Source: a virus (Duplodnaviria > Caudoviricetes). Taken from it: a stretch of 62,215 nt of DNA. Position numbers and translations under genes: made by a program. Numbering within the stretch: position 1 is the stretch's first letter; each line of letters starts with the position of its first letter. Location of the stretch: positions 1 through 62,215 of the IMG/VR virus record IMGVR_UViG_3300044844_001006. One strand, given 5' to 3'. The notes beneath the pieces are model-generated. The model had not been told where the DNA came from. It saw only the letters and a program-made list of their open reading frames with translations, and searched no databases. This document shows positions 61,860-62,215 of the stretch, piece by piece.

Positions 61860-62215
61860 CTACTCAAAAAAGATCGTGGGGCCGAGGTATGCGGTTCCAT
61901 CACCGGAAACAGTTCCAAAGACATAACTCGAATTTTCCCAAACGTTCACGCCGTAGTTTACGTTAGCAGGGAGTGTCAGTACGCTTACATTTTTAACAAC
62001 TGAATCAACGTTTGCCGTATTCAATGGTCTCGCGAGTATCAGGTAAGTATTCCCCGATGTCAGTTGTTTTCCTGCAACGTTACTATCTAGGTCTACCCTT
62101 CTCCAAACGCCACTGAGAGCGGCTGCTGTTCCGCTCGGGACAACGATTGAAGAAATGCTATCTGCCGCGTTAAAGTTTTCCTGATAAACAAAATCTATAA
62201 ACGGGTCTACGGTGA
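61860..62215 (-). CDS. C-terminal fragment of a CDS entering from the right edge, probably the end of the 1-1754 protein
   Basis: Open frame TVDPFIDF...SIVVPSGTAAALSGVWRRVDL...LTSGNTYLI...YLGPTIFFE-stop. Confidence 0.7.
   Translation of the reverse strand, partial: TVDPFIDFVYQENFNAADSISSIVVPSGTAAALSGVWRRVDLDSNVAGKQLTSGNTYLILARPLNTANVDSVVKNVSVLTLPANVNYGVNVWENSSYVFGTVSGDGTAYLGPTIFFE

Noticed and set aside
53951-62215. Diversity-generating retroelement acting on tail fibre genes
   Set aside because: No reverse transcriptase ORF and no TR/VR pair differing at adenines was seen.
1-62215. tRNA or rRNA genes and photosynthesis auxiliary genes (psbA, hli)
   Set aside because: None recognised by eye. 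A tRNAscan/Rfam run would be needed to exclude small RNAs.

Overview
The window looks like an essentially complete, circularly permuted ~62 kb temperate siphovirus genome. The host is probably a picocyanobacterium (Synechococcus/Cyanobium-like), inferred from the cyanobacterial-type tyrosine integrase, SSB, dCTP deaminase and SigF-like sigma factor. Most virion genes are on the minus strand: terminases, portal, gp7-like head morphogenesis protein, scaffold, major capsid, tail tube, tail chaperone with a GGGAAAG -1 frameshift site, tape measure, tail fibre, LamG protein, C39 peptidase and holin-like genes. It also has replication and recombination genes (iteron-containing initiator, annealase, SSB, RusA), integrase/excisionase, two DNA methyltransferases and many small hypothetical genes. 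The standout is two separate plus-strand loci (7.15-9.23 kb and 37.97-40.12 kb). Each pairs a ~210-aa RAMP/Cas7-like gene with non-coding arrays of 5-nt periodic repeats, each a near-fixed triplet plus a variable dinucleotide: CGC-NN in hairpin-bounded units at locus A, GGY-NN at locus B. Reading only the variable dinucleotides as a gapped sequence (NN-x-NN-x, i.e. codon positions 1-2) yields recognisable mobile-element peptide motifs: serine recombinase VVAYRRVSTARQ, small-terminase-like WRAAAWLLE, and a 16/18 match to the neighbouring tail gene. This suggests an RNA-guided, wobble-skipping system acting against competing elements. A phage sigma factor and about 20 copies of a GG(A/C)AA(A/C/G)CT motif upstream of structural genes form a candidate late-transcription circuit. 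All calls are made by eye, with no database searches.
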